Shown here piece by piece: positions 1 to 9,572 of a stretch of DNA of 64,000 bases. Numbering within the stretch: position 1 is the first letter of the stretch; each line of letters opens with the position of its first letter. Location: positions 21,558-85,557 of the forward strand of contig CAIOPG010000004.1 in NCBI GenBank assembly GCA_903860135.1, in the 5' to 3' direction. A model generated the notes under the pieces. It saw nothing but the letters and a program-made list of their open reading frames with translations, was not told the DNA's origin and searched no databases. The DNA is from Candidatus Omnitrophota bacterium (GTDB taxonomy: Bacteria; Omnitrophota; Gorgyraeia; Zapsychrales; Fredricksoniimonadaceae). A program made the position numbers and the translations under genes.

Positions 1-871
1 CGGTCAGCCACCAGCCATGAGCAAAGATCGTCGCTGGCAAAGGCAGATCAAGGGCGAACAACATGGTCGTCCAGTAAACGCAATGTGTCGTGAGGATATC
101 CTTGCCGATCAAATGCACCGACACCGGCCACCAGCGCCGGAACTTGGCCTCATCGGACAAATAACCGGGTGCCGTGATGTAATTGATCAGCGCATCAAAC
201 CAGACATAGGTGACATAATCGCGGTCAAAAGGGATCTCGATGCCCCAGTTGAGGCGTGATTTCGGGCGCGAGATGCACAGGTCACCTAAAGGCTGGCGTA
301 AAAATCCCAGCATCTCGTTCTTGCGGTGCTCCGGACGGATAAAGCCAGGATTCTCCTCGATGTAACGCACAAGGCGGTCCTGGTAAGCACTCATTTTAAA
401 GAACCAGTTCTTCTCCTGGATCTTCTTAACCTCGCGGAACTGCCCGGACTCCGCCTCTTTCTCGGTGATAAAACGCTCCTCCGCGACCGAATAGAGGCCT
501 TCATATTCCTTTTGATAAATATCACCCTTGGCATACACCGCCTCAAGGATCGCCTGAACCACTTTCACATGGCGCGGTTGTGTGGTGCGGATAAAGTCGT
601 CGTTGCTGATCCCCAGCCGCTCCCAAAGCCCCGAAAAACGCGGTGCCAGGTCATCGCAATGCGCCTGCGCGGTCAACCCCCTTTTTTCAGCGGCCTGTTG
701 AACTTTTTGCCCATGCTCATCAAGGCCTGTCAAAAAGAAAACATCATCGCCCATCGCGCGATGAAACCGTGCAAGCACATCCGCGAGGATGGTCGTATAG
801 GCATGGCCGATGTGCGGCGTGTCATTGACGTAATAGATCGGCGTTGTGATATAAAATTTATTTTTTGTCAT
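1..871 (-). CDS. metG: Methionyl-tRNA synthetase, 5' part (runs off the window edge)
   Basis: Not in the ORF track. Manual minus-strand translation from ATG 871 gives MTKNKFYITTPIYYVNDTPHIGHAYTT (HIGH motif), TGLDEHGQK, YVWFDALINY and IGKDIL. Confidence 0.97.
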   Translation of the reverse strand, partial: MTKNKFYITTPIYYVNDTPHIGHAYTTILADVLARFHRAMGDDVFFLTGLDEHGQKVQQAAEKRGLTAQAHCDDLAPRFSGLWERLGISNDDFIRTTQPRHVKVVQAILEAVYAKGDIYQKEYEGLYSVAEERFITEKEAESGQFREVKKIQEKNWFFKMSAYQDRLVRYIEENPGFIRPEHRKNEMLGFLRQPLGDLCISRPKSRLNWGIEIPFDRDYVTYVWFDALINYITAPGYLSDEAKFRRWWPVSVHLIGKDILTTHCVYWTTMLFALDLPLPATIFAHGWWLT

Positions 872-1673
872 CTTTCACACTGTCGCTGGATGGAATGTTG
901 ATCTTCACGATCTTGCCATCGCCAATATCCACCTGGACAAGGCGTTTGAGGATATTAAGATTAATGACCTTGCCCTTACCTTCAGGCGTATCCATCTTGC
1001 CGCCCATCCTGGGCAGGCCTTTGTTGAGCTCCTTATAAACATGATACTCGTACGCCATGCAGCATTTGATGCGGCCGCACACACCCGATATCTTCGACGG
1101 GTTCAACGGCAGGGCCTGCTCCTTGGCCATCTTGATGGAGAGCTGGCTGAAATCCTTGATGAACGAGGCACAGCACAAGAACTGGCCGCAAACGCCATAT
1201 CCCTCAACCATCTTGGCTCGGTCGCGCACGCCGATCTGCTTGAGCTCGATGCGCGCCCGGAAAGTCTTGGCCAGGTCCTTTACAAGATCGCGAAAATCCA
1301 CCCGACCCTCGGCGGTGAAATAAAACATGGCCTTGGATCCGTCAAAAGCATACTCACATGTGAGCATATTCATATCCAGCTTCATCTCGGTGATCTTGCC
1401 GATGCACACATGCAGGGCGTCTTTGGCCTTGGTGCGGTTATGCTCGATCTGACGCATATCCGCCGCTGTCGCCTTGCGCAAGATACTCCCGGAAGCAAAG
1501 AACTTCTTGTCGGACTCGCATTTAGGAACCGAACGCGATGCCACCTGGGCCATCTCGGTGGAACGATCGATCTCCACAACCACATGATCCCCGCGCCGGC
1601 ATTCCACATCCCGGTCATCAACATACACCACCGGCCGGTATTCCCCCAGACGGACCTGGATCAGCTTACCCAT
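858..1673 (-). CDS. ricT: PSP1/RicT (YaaT) family protein
   Basis: Motifs FYFTAEGRVDFRDLVKDLA, RIELKQIGVRD, GVCGQFLCC and SGVCGRIKCC; conserved holB-yaaT-metG order. Confidence 0.93.
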   Translation of the reverse strand: MGKLIQVRLGEYRPVVYVDDRDVECRRGDHVVVEIDRSTEMAQVASRSVPKCESDKKFFASGSILRKATAADMRQIEHNRTKAKDALHVCIGKITEMKLDMNMLTCEYAFDGSKAMFYFTAEGRVDFRDLVKDLAKTFRARIELKQIGVRDRAKMVEGYGVCGQFLCCASFIKDFSQLSIKMAKEQALPLNPSKISGVCGRIKCCMAYEYHVYKELNKGLPRMGGKMDTPEGKGKVINLNILKRLVQVDIGDGKIVKINIPSSDSVKDDKK

Positions 1674-1730
1674 AAAATTCTCCTGTCATGATCCGTTGCA
1701 GCCACTGGCCGCTGAACAACGGATATTGTA

Positions 1731-2678
1731 TCAAAGCATTTCCCGGACAACTGTTAAAACAACCTTGGTGTTCTGGTTCCCGTCAACACGCCGGATCGCA
1801 TCCACGGTACGGCTGATCTGGGCATCAATATCCTGCAACGTATGACGTTCCGCAAAGCGCCGTATTTCCACGAGCCGGTCACGGTTAACCACATAAGCAG
1901 AAGCCCCCGACTTGATCAGAAGCGCATCCCGACAGGCCATCAGGACAACGCCGAGCGCCTCACGCACGCTGTCGCGGTTAGTCCCAACTGTCTTGAGAAG
2001 ATCCTCTGAGCTTCCCGAACCGAAAAATATGTCCAACAGCATACGCCGGCGATCCATAAAACCCGTGCGTAAATCAAGCGCACGGCCGGGACTGCCCTGC
2101 CCGAACGCCGCAAGCGCAGCCGCGTCGTCGGAAGGCATATCATACTGGCTTTTGAGCAACTGCGCAAGCACCTCATGCGACAAAGCCGGGAAACGTACCG
2201 CCTGACAGCGTGAGCGGATCGTGGCCGGCAAAGCATCTGGCACAGCACTGGTCAATATAAAAAGCGTATCCGGCTGCGGCTCTTCCAATGTCTTAAGAAG
2301 GGCATTGGCCGCCACATCATTCATGAGGTCGACCTCTTTCACCAGCGCCACCTTCACGCGCGCTTCAAGGGCGCGAAAGCCTAGGCGTTCGGCCAGAAGG
2401 CGCACCTGGTCAATGGTAATAAAAGCCTTGTCCTTCAGCTTCTCAACGATAAAGATATCCGGGTGATTGCCAGCATCAATTTTATGGCAAGAAGCACATG
2501 TACATAATGCCATACCGCGATCCGCCTGCAGGCAATTGATCCGCCGGGCAACCGCCAGTGCGGTCGCATACTTGCCAATACCCCGAGGACCGGAAAAAAG
2601 ATACGCATGCGCCAGCCGCCCTGCCACATACCGGTCGGCAAGACGTGCCGCGATAATCTCCTGCGCCGGGACTGTCAT
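1731..2678 (-). CDS. holB: DNA polymerase III delta' subunit
   Basis: HAYLFSGPRGIGK, Zn cysteines, ANALLKTLEEP, TIRSRC. Confidence 0.95.
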   Translation of the reverse strand: MTVPAQEIIAARLADRYVAGRLAHAYLFSGPRGIGKYATALAVARRINCLQADRGMALCTCASCHKIDAGNHPDIFIVEKLKDKAFITIDQVRLLAERLGFRALEARVKVALVKEVDLMNDVAANALLKTLEEPQPDTLFILTSAVPDALPATIRSRCQAVRFPALSHEVLAQLLKSQYDMPSDDAAALAAFGQGSPGRALDLRTGFMDRRRMLLDIFFGSGSSEDLLKTVGTNRDSVREALGVVLMACRDALLIKSGASAYVVNRDRLVEIRRFAERHTLQDIDAQISRTVDAIRRVDGNQNTKVVLTVVREML

Positions 2679-3295
2679 AATATTTCATCCACCCTGGCGC
2701 AGATCGTGGCCGTGTTTTCTTCCCTGGGCCTGCGCCCGTCGATAACAACCACACGCTCCGGCTCAGCCCGGGCAATCTCATGATAACCGGCACGCACGCG
2801 TGCATGGTAGTCACGCGAACGCAATTCAATACGGTCACGTTCCGTCCCTCGGCGCTGCAGGCCTTCCTCGGCATCAAGATCAAGAAAGAATGTAAGGTCC
2901 GGCCGTATCCCCTTGGTCGCAAAAAAACCGACGGATTTAATGATATCAACGGAAACCCCACAGCCATAGCCCTGGTAGGCAAGGGTCGAATCCAGGAACC
3001 TGTCGCAGATAAGGATCGTCCCTTTGTTGAGCTCGGGGATGATCACCTCCTCGACCAGCTGGGCGCGCGCGGCCATATACAGCAGGGTTTCACATTCCTT
3101 GTTCATGGCCACGTTCTTTTTGTCGAGCAAAAGCGCCCGCACCTTTTCGCTGATCACAACACCGCCAGGCTCGCGGATCAAACGGACAGCGGCACCCTGC
3201 CCCGCCAGATGCGCAGACAAAAGTGCCGCATGGGTGCTCTTGCCGCAGCCTTCTGCGCCTTCGAATGTGATGAACTTTCCCCGTACGGCTGTCAA
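2675..3295 (-). CDS. tmk: Thymidylate kinase
   Basis: FITFEGAEGCGKST, REPGG, CDRFLDSTLAYQG. Start placed at the TTG just after the cysS stop (start uncertain). Confidence 0.95.
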   Translation of the reverse strand: MTAVRGKFITFEGAEGCGKSTHAALLSAHLAGQGAAVRLIREPGGVVISEKVRALLLDKKNVAMNKECETLLYMAARAQLVEEVIIPELNKGTILICDRFLDSTLAYQGYGCGVSVDIIKSVGFFATKGIRPDLTFFLDLDAEEGLQRRGTERDRIELRSRDYHARVRAGYHEIARAEPERVVVIDGRRPREENTATICARVDEIL

Positions 3296-3299
3296 CCCG

Positions 3300-4697
3300 C
3301 TACCCCCGCCGCCATATTTGTCCGGACTTGCCATCTTCCACTATAATGCCGCGCGCCTTGAGGATATCGCGCAGTTCATCGGAACGCTTCCAGTTTTTGG
3401 CCTGACGCGCCTCGACCCGAGCGTTGATGACCAATTCATCGTCGGGGGAAAGCCCTGCCACCGGCACCTTTAAATCCATGCCGCAGATGCCTTCAAGGAC
3501 TTCACGCAAGAATGTTGCTGCCAGATGCGCACTGCCCTCAAAATAATCATCCATCCTCCCGGCATCGAGGAAGCGGTTGGCCGCGGTCACCAGATCAAAG
3601 ATATGCCCCACCGCCAGTGCCGTGTTCAGGTCGGCATCGAGGGCCGCCAATATCTTTTCCTTGGCATCAACAACAAAGTCAACTTCATCCATGCGCACCG
3701 GCAACTTCGGCGCGGGCACAGCATCCAGCTTGGTCAGGATATTCCTGAAACGCACAACCCCTTTTTCCATATCCGCAAGTTTCTCGGGCGTATAATCAAT
3801 GGAACTGGCATAATGCGTTGATAAAAAGAACAGTTTGAGCGCATTGACGGAATGCTTGGCCAGGGCGTCATGCACCGTGATAAAATTGCCGAGCGACTTC
3901 GACATCTTCTGGCCATTGATCGTCAATAATCCGTGATGCACCCACACCTGCGCGAACTTCTTGCCGGTCAGTGCCTCGGCCTGGGCGATCTCGTTCTCAT
4001 GGTGCGGAAAAATAAGGTCGCGTCCGCCGGCATGAATATCCAGCGTTTCGGTCCCCAGATGCTTGATGCTCATGCACGAACATTCGATGTGCCACCCCGG
4101 GCGACCTTCGCCCCAGGGGCTCGGCCACGACGGCTCGCCGGGCTTGGCCTTCTTCCACAAAGCAAAATCAAGAGGGTCTTCCTTCTTCTCGTCAATCTCC
4201 AGGCGCACGCCTTCGAGCATTTTATCAATGCTCTGGCCCGAAAGGGCCCCGTAAGCCGGGAAAGACCGCACGCGAAAATAAACATCGCCGGCCACAGCAT
4301 AGGCATGGCCCTTGCCGATAAGCCCTTGAACATGCGCAACCATGAGCGGGATATTTTCAGTGGCACGCGGCTCAATATCCGCCGGGCTGACCCCCAGGGA
4401 TGCCATATCCCTGTAATACAGGGCGATATTATCGCGAACGACCTCATCAAACGTTTTCCCCAACTCGCGCGCCCGGGCAATGATCTTGTCATCAACATCC
4501 GTGATATTGCGGACAAACTTCACATCATGGCCACGGTAACGCAAATACTTGACCAGCAAATCAAACGTATACAACGAACGCGCGTGGCCGATATGGCACT
4601 GGTCATAAACCGTCACACCGCAGGAATACATGTTGATGCGCTCCGGCGGCAGTGCCAGTGCCTCACGTTTTCTGGTGAATGAATTATAAAGTTCCAT
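3300..4697 (-). CDS. cysS: Cysteinyl-tRNA synthetase
   Basis: [28 protein letters not shown]. Confidence 0.98.
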   Translation of the reverse strand: MELYNSFTRKREALALPPERINMYSCGVTVYDQCHIGHARSLYTFDLLVKYLRYRGHDVKFVRNITDVDDKIIARARELGKTFDEVVRDNIALYYRDMASLGVSPADIEPRATENIPLMVAHVQGLIGKGHAYAVAGDVYFRVRSFPAYGALSGQSIDKMLEGVRLEIDEKKEDPLDFALWKKAKPGEPSWPSPWGEGRPGWHIECSCMSIKHLGTETLDIHAGGRDLIFPHHENEIAQAEALTGKKFAQVWVHHGLLTINGQKMSKSLGNFITVHDALAKHSVNALKLFFLSTHYASSIDYTPEKLADMEKGVVRFRNILTKLDAVPAPKLPVRMDEVDFVVDAKEKILAALDADLNTALAVGHIFDLVTAANRFLDAGRMDDYFEGSAHLAATFLREVLEGICGMDLKVPVAGLSPDDELVINARVEARQAKNWKRSDELRDILKARGIIVEDGKSGQIWRRG

Positions 4698-5376
4698 CAG
4701 GCCCCCGTTGTTGCTGCGCACGCCCTTCGAGCACTTCCAGCCGGCGCATGATCGCCTCTAAGTCCTGGGTGACCGGATCAAGGATCTGGGCATGCGCCAG
4801 TTTATGATCGATCTTGGCGCCGTCTTGTTTGGTGACATGGCCCGGGACACCGACCACCGTGGCATTGGCCGGCACGCTCCTTAAAACCACCGCATTGGCG
4901 CCGATGTAGGAATTACTGCCTATTTCAATGTTCCCGAGGATCTTCGCCCCGGCACCGACAACAATATGATCACCAAGCGTGGGATGCCGCTTGCCTGTTT
5001 CCTTGCCCGTCCCCCCGAGCGTGACCCCCTGGTACAACAGCACATCATCGCCAACGATCGCCGTCTCGCCGATCACAACCCCCATGCCGTGGTCAATGAA
5101 AAGCCCTTTACCAATCGTTGCCCCCGGATGGATCTCGATGCCCGTCAGAAACCGCGCCAGCTGCGATATCGCGCGCGGGACTATCGGCACCTTCCAGCTC
5201 CAGAGCTTATGCGCGATACGGTACATAACAACCGCATGCAGACCCGCATAAAGGAACAGCACCTCGATCGTATTGGTCGCCGCCGGATCCCGCTCCTGCA
5301 CGCCCTTGACATCTTTATAAAAAAAGACAAGCATCACAAGCCAGAAAGCAAGTATGCCATAACATAAGATCATCAT
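4684..5376 (-). CDS. cysE: Serine O-acetyltransferase (CysE/EpsC type) with an N-terminal hydrophobic segment
   Basis: [40 protein letters not shown]; GGAGGAG RBS before ATG 5376; cysE-cysS synteny. Confidence 0.95.
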   Translation of the reverse strand: MMILCYGILAFWLVMLVFFYKDVKGVQERDPAATNTIEVLFLYAGLHAVVMYRIAHKLWSWKVPIVPRAISQLARFLTGIEIHPGATIGKGLFIDHGMGVVIGETAIVGDDVLLYQGVTLGGTGKETGKRHPTLGDHIVVGAGAKILGNIEIGSNSYIGANAVVLRSVPANATVVGVPGHVTKQDGAKIDHKLAHAQILDPVTQDLEAIMRRLEVLEGRAQQQRGPDGTL

Positions 5377-5398
5377 AACGACTCCTCCCGCTCACGCC

Positions 5399-5498
5399 GG
5401 TTCTGTCAAAAATTATAACTTCCAACTCACAAAACTCATTTATTTAAATAACTAGCTCAACTTGAGACTCCCTCCCACGCTGATGCGGGGAGGGGAAT
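5399..5498. repeat. Direct repeat copy A (78-bp unit plus a CCCTCCC/GGGAGGG hairpin)
   Basis: 5399-5476 aligns ungapped to 6715-6792 (64/78 identical by hand count). The tail ACGCTGATGCGGGGAGGGGAAT recurs at about 6872-6893. Confidence 0.9.
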
Positions 5499-5502
5499 TC
5501 AG

Positions 5503-5529
5503 AAATAATAGTGTCAGACACCATTGTTT
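5503..5529. repeat. Imperfect palindrome, REP-like, copy 1
   Basis: AAATAATAGTGTC-A-GACACCATTGTTT; 23/27 identical to 5728-5754. Confidence 0.85.
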
Positions 5530-5561
5530 ACTAAAAAATCATCAAACCCCGCCGATAACGA

Positions 5562-5672
5562 TCACTTCAAGTCTTCGCAAACAACATCAATATTCTTTGC
5601 AAGACAAGCTTCATATTCTTGCTTTCTTGACTCAATATATTCCGGGGCGCTCAACACTTTGGAAAGCCTCAT
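5562..5672 (-). pseudogene. Short ORF or gene remnant (36 aa) between the two palindromes
   Basis: MRLSKVLSAPEYIESRKQEYEACLAKNIDVVCEDLK*; AT-rich, no recognisable family. Confidence 0.3.
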
Positions 5673-5727
5673 AATTTCACTCGCTCTTTCCAATTTGTTG
5701 TTGCGTCAAGAAATTCTAAAGTTCTGA

Positions 5728-5754
5728 AAATAATAATGCCAGACACCATTATTC
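5728..5754. repeat. Imperfect palindrome, REP-like, copy 2
   Basis: AAATAATAATGCCAGACACCATTATTC, a direct repeat of 5503-5529. Confidence 0.85.
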
Positions 5755-5806
5755 TTTTCGAAACCCGATCAACAATTATCCAAAATCCGCATACTCTCCA
5801 TCAACC

Positions 5807-6691
5807 TCAACAACAATCCATCGTCGCACGGACATCACTGAAGTCGCCGTTCTTCAAAGCCTCTTTCCTAATCAGCAAATAACTCCGACCCGAATCACCC
5901 CATACCGTTCCTGCTGTTTCATCTGAATCAAGCTGGAACAAAAGTATCCATTCAGTCAAAACCTTTGTCTCTTCCTGTGTAAACTTTACTTTTTCGCGCT
6001 GACCAGGAAAAGCCACTTCCCATTCCTTGGAACTACTTTGCATTGGCTGAATATGTCCCAATAAATGATGGTCGGCATCGTTATCCCTAGGCTTCGTAAT
6101 TTTGTCCAGTGCCTCTATAAAATCCTCAGGATAAAAATCATCGTCAACACCTGCCTGTCCTTTAAATTGTTCCTTTAAAATATCGATGTAAATAGAAGCA
6201 CTGTCAGGCAATGAATACTCTCTTTTAAATTCTACCTGACATTCCTCTTGAATGTATTGAGGCGAATTAAAAGAAAAAATCTTCTGAAAGAACGACTTCT
6301 CTTTTGGACGAAATGATTCAGGCAGTTCACTTAGGACAAGCTTGTCTGTAGGTAGATCCGAATATATAACCTTGCCCAAGTTTGAATCATCTACAAAAAA
6401 ATACAACATCCCGGCCTTCGGCAAAGATGCTTCTTCATCATATAAAGCCACGTCTGCTAAATTAAATTGTGCGACAAAACGGTAATCCTGTTGGTCTGTT
6501 TGCGAACATGGCCATTCCATTCCGGCAGGTAAATGGGGCACCCCCCCGAACTTTGAACTCCCCATGGGAATCGAACTATCAAAACGCTTCCCCGTCATGA
6601 CCCTAATCGTTGGCCTAATGAGCGCCTTAAGACCTTCCCGATAAATTAATGGAACTTCTTTATCAATCAAAGCGATAATTTTATCTTTCAT
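5807..6691 (-). CDS. DUF1963/YwqG family protein
   Basis: SKFGGVPHLP, FVAQFNL, GMLYFF, HHLLG, LLFQLDSD, WGDSG; AT-rich compared with its flanks. Confidence 0.85.
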   Translation of the reverse strand: MKDKIIALIDKEVPLIYREGLKALIRPTIRVMTGKRFDSSIPMGSSKFGGVPHLPAGMEWPCSQTDQQDYRFVAQFNLADVALYDEEASLPKAGMLYFFVDDSNLGKVIYSDLPTDKLVLSELPESFRPKEKSFFQKIFSFNSPQYIQEECQVEFKREYSLPDSASIYIDILKEQFKGQAGVDDDFYPEDFIEALDKITKPRDNDADHHLLGHIQPMQSSSKEWEVAFPGQREKVKFTQEETKVLTEWILLFQLDSDETAGTVWGDSGRSYLLIRKEALKNGDFSDVRATMDCC

Positions 6692-6714
6692 GCTATCCCC
6701 CTGATTTAGGTTCG

Positions 6715-6893
6715 GGTTCTATCAAAAGTTCCAGCTTCCAACTCGCGAAACACTTGTATCTAAATAGCCTGCTCAACTTGAGACTCCCTCCCCCGCGCCT
6801 TTTGCGTGGGGAGCGGGTCGGGGTGGAGGAATTAAGCCTTGCGTCAATCTGCGCAACTTAACGCCCCTCCAACGCTGATGCGGGGAGGGGAAT
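6715..6893. repeat. Direct repeat copy B (long form with extra GC-rich hairpins)
   Basis: Same start and end as copy A, plus about 79 bp of internal sequence between CCCTCCC and CCCCTCC. Confidence 0.9.
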
Positions 6894-6906
6894 ATCAAAC
6901 TATGCA

Positions 6907-6982
6907 AAAACAGGTATCCCGTACGCATTCCCACTCATTTTATAACCAAAGAAAATAAAGACTCGTACGGGATATCTACTTT
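6907..6982. repeat. Inverted repeat pair around an AT-rich spacer
   Basis: AGGTATCCCGTACG (6912-6925) and CGTACGGGATATCT (6964-6977), 13/14 complementary. Confidence 0.8.
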
Positions 6983-6993
6983 ACTCACACCCA

Positions 6994-7500
6994 CTACCCC
7001 TTGCGCAGGGATGCCGTGGCATACGCGGCCATGCCTTGTTTGGCACCGATGAACCCCAGACCTTCGTTCGTCGTGGCTTTGATGTTCACGTGCTTGTCGT
7101 CCATGCCGAGGGCTTGGGCGATATTGGCGCGCATGGCGGTTTTATACGGCTTGATCTTCGGCTCCTCGGCGAGTAAGACAACGTCCACGTTCACCACGGT
7201 GAACCCGGCCTTGGCGGCTATCTGCCCGACCCGCCCCAAAAGAAGAAGGCTCGATGCCCCTTTGTATTTCCGGCTGGTATTGGGAAAATGCTCACCGATA
7301 TCACCCTCACCGGCGGCGCCGAGGATCGCATCCATGATCGCATGGATGAGCACATCCGCATCGGAATGGCCCTTCAAGCCTTTTGCATACGGGATAACAA
7401 CCCCGCCGAGAACCAGCTCGCGCCCGTCGACCAAGGGATGCACATCATAACCAATGCCGGCGTGATATTCCGGCGAGCGATACCATGTGGGCAATGACAT
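6994..7500 (-). CDS. ispF: 2-C-methyl-D-erythritol 2,4-cyclodiphosphate synthase
   Basis: GIGYDVH, GHSDADV, GDIGEHFP, NIKATTNEGLG. Confidence 0.97.
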   Translation of the reverse strand: MSLPTWYRSPEYHAGIGYDVHPLVDGRELVLGGVVIPYAKGLKGHSDADVLIHAIMDAILGAAGEGDIGEHFPNTSRKYKGASSLLLLGRVGQIAAKAGFTVVNVDVVLLAEEPKIKPYKTAMRANIAQALGMDDKHVNIKATTNEGLGFIGAKQGMAAYATASLRKG

Positions 7501-7509
7501 AAAGTCTCC

Positions 7510-8202
7510 TTACAGTTTAAGAAACGCCTCGGCCACACAAATATCTTCAGGCGTTGTTATCTTTATATTCATCACATGACCCGGGAAAATCACAACCGCC
7601 ACCCCGAGCCGCTCAACCAGCGCCGCATCATCAGTGGCCCCGTCACGGTCTTGGCGATAGGCGCGTTCCAGGAGCCCGCGTTCAAAAACCTGCGGCGTCT
7701 GGATCTCGCGCAACAGGCTACGGTCGAGTGTCGCGCAAACCCTTTGGCCTTTAGGATCAACGACCTTGATCGTTGGCTTCACCGGGACCGCCGCAACGGC
7801 CGCGCCCGTCTCTTGCACGGCCAGAAGCCCTGCCGCGATCATCGCCTCCGTTACCAAGGGCCGCACCCCGTCATGGATGATCAGCACAGTGGCCTTCGCC
7901 GCGCCGGGATCAAAGGCAGCCACCGCTTCAAGGCCGTTACGCACCGACTGTGTGCGGGTGGCGCCACCCTCGACAACCACCCGGACCTTGGAAAAACTCC
8001 CCGCCCGGACAACCTCCTGATAATCCTTTGTCCAACCCGCAGGCACGATCAGGACCACCCCCGCAATCAAATCACTCCGCTGAAAAACCTCGAGCGTGCG
8101 CGCCATGACCGTCTTGCCGCCGCACAAGACCAACGGTTTGGGCAAAGGCCCGCCGAAACGCTCTCCCGTCCCCGCCGTTGGTATAAGAGCCCAGACGCTC
8201 AT
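7510..8202 (-). CDS. ispD: 2-C-methyl-D-erythritol 4-phosphate cytidylyltransferase
   Basis: AGTGERFG...K, GGATRTQSV, IHDGVRP, QTPQ, TDDA, NIKITTPED. Confidence 0.97.
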   Translation of the reverse strand: MSVWALIPTAGTGERFGGPLPKPLVLCGGKTVMARTLEVFQRSDLIAGVVLIVPAGWTKDYQEVVRAGSFSKVRVVVEGGATRTQSVRNGLEAVAAFDPGAAKATVLIIHDGVRPLVTEAMIAAGLLAVQETGAAVAAVPVKPTIKVVDPKGQRVCATLDRSLLREIQTPQVFERGLLERAYRQDRDGATDDAALVERLGVAVVIFPGHVMNIKITTPEDICVAEAFLKL

Positions 8203-9572
8203 GACCTCACCGCATCGAGGGCTTCGCGCAAACTCCCGACAGGCACGAGCACCATGGACTTAAGGGCAATGTCGCGCCCGGGTTTCAAATTATTCTTGGG
8301 CACCAGACAGCGCTTGAACCCGAGCTTTTCCGCTTCATTCAGGCGCGGAACCAGGTGTGCCACACTCCGCACCTCCGCCGAAAGCCCGACCTCACCGAGC
8401 ACCGCCGTGTCCGCCGGTACCGGTTTGTCCAGGAACGATGACGCCAGCGCCAGGGCCACCGCCAGGTCCGCCGCCGGATCCTCGACATTAACGCCGCCGA
8501 CGACATTCAGGAATATATCCTGATCCTCCAAGCGAATGCCCGCGCGTTTTTCCAGGACCGCCACCAGCAGGGCCAGGCGATTGGCATCAAAGCCCTGCGC
8601 CTTCTGCCGCACCATACCGAAAGCCGAACGCGCCGCAAGCCCCTGCACCTCGACCAGAAACGGCCGGGTCCCCTCGAGGATCGGCACAACCACCGACCCC
8701 GAAGCCCCGCGTGAACGCTCCGATAGAAATATCTCCGACGGATTGGTGACTTCGGCCAAGCCGCTCGACGTCATCTCGAAGACCCCCAGCTCATTGGTCG
8801 ATCCAAAACGATTCTTCACGGCGCGCAGAACACGGTACGCCGAATAACGCTCACCCTCAAAATGCAGCACCGTATCCACCACATGCTCGAGCACGCGCGG
8901 CCCGGCGATCGACCCATCCTTGGTCACATGGCCGATAAGGAACATCGCAATCCCCCGCGACTTGGCCAGCTGGGTCAGGATCGATGCGCACTCACGGACC
9001 TGGGTCACACTGCCCGGCGCCGAACCAAGGCCGGACTGATAAATAACCTGGACAGAATCAATCACAACAACCTGCGGCGCAACCACGCCCACCTGTTCGA
9101 TCACCAGATTCAAGTCGGTCTGGTTAACAATGAACAAGGAATCCGAAGGCGCCTTGAGGATGCGGTCGGCGCGCATTTTCGTCTGGGCCGCCGATTCCTC
9201 CCCTGAAACATAAAGAACCTTCAATCCCCGGGCACTCAAAAGGCATGCCGCCTGCAGGGCAATGGTCGATTTACCGATCCCCGGGTCGCCGGCAATAAGC
9301 GTTACAGACCCCACCACGATCCCGCCCCCCAGCACACGGTCAAACTCGGCCATGCCTGTCTGGTAGCGCGCCTCGGAAGCCCCGGTCACATCTTTTAACA
9401 GCATGGCCACACCCGAAGGAGCCACCAGGCTCCGGGGAGACTCCTCCGCCGGACGCGCCGCGACACGCTCTTCCGCAAAAGTATTCCAGCCCTGGCACCC
9501 CGGGCATTTCCCAAGCCAGCGGGTCGACTCATGCCCACAGGCCTGGCAGAGAAAAAGTGTCTTTAATTTCAT
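8199..9572 (-). CDS. radA: DNA repair protein RadA/Sms
   Basis: C4 zinc finger, GDPGIGKST, KNRFG, Lon-like C-terminus; ATGA overlap with mlaD. Confidence 0.97.
   Translation of the reverse strand: MKLKTLFLCQACGHESTRWLGKCPGCQGWNTFAEERVAARPAEESPRSLVAPSGVAMLLKDVTGASEARYQTGMAEFDRVLGGGIVVGSVTLIAGDPGIGKSTIALQAACLLSARGLKVLYVSGEESAAQTKMRADRILKAPSDSLFIVNQTDLNLVIEQVGVVAPQVVVIDSVQVIYQSGLGSAPGSVTQVRECASILTQLAKSRGIAMFLIGHVTKDGSIAGPRVLEHVVDTVLHFEGERYSAYRVLRAVKNRFGSTNELGVFEMTSSGLAEVTNPSEIFLSERSRGASGSVVVPILEGTRPFLVEVQGLAARSAFGMVRQKAQGFDANRLALLVAVLEKRAGIRLEDQDIFLNVVGGVNVEDPAADLAVALALASSFLDKPVPADTAVLGEVGLSAEVRSVAHLVPRLNEAEKLGFKRCLVPKNNLKPGRDIALKSMVLVPVGSLREALDAVRS

Noticed and set aside
17-901. Plus-strand ORFs 17-259 and 326-901
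   Set aside because: Antisense shadows of metG, which the track missed because it has no stop inside the window.
5377-5500. T-box or SAM riboswitch upstream of cysE-cysS
   Set aside because: No T-box or SAM-I consensus seen; the region is explained by the direct repeat.
5503-5754. Possible CRISPR repeats (27-bp palindromes)
   Set aside because: Only two copies, about 200 bp apart, and no cas genes.
7576-8523. Long plus-strand ORFs (this one, and 13384-14157, 18958-20148, 30430-31197, 34942-35742)
   Set aside because: They lie opposite well-conserved genes, show no motifs, and are expected in GC-rich coding DNA.
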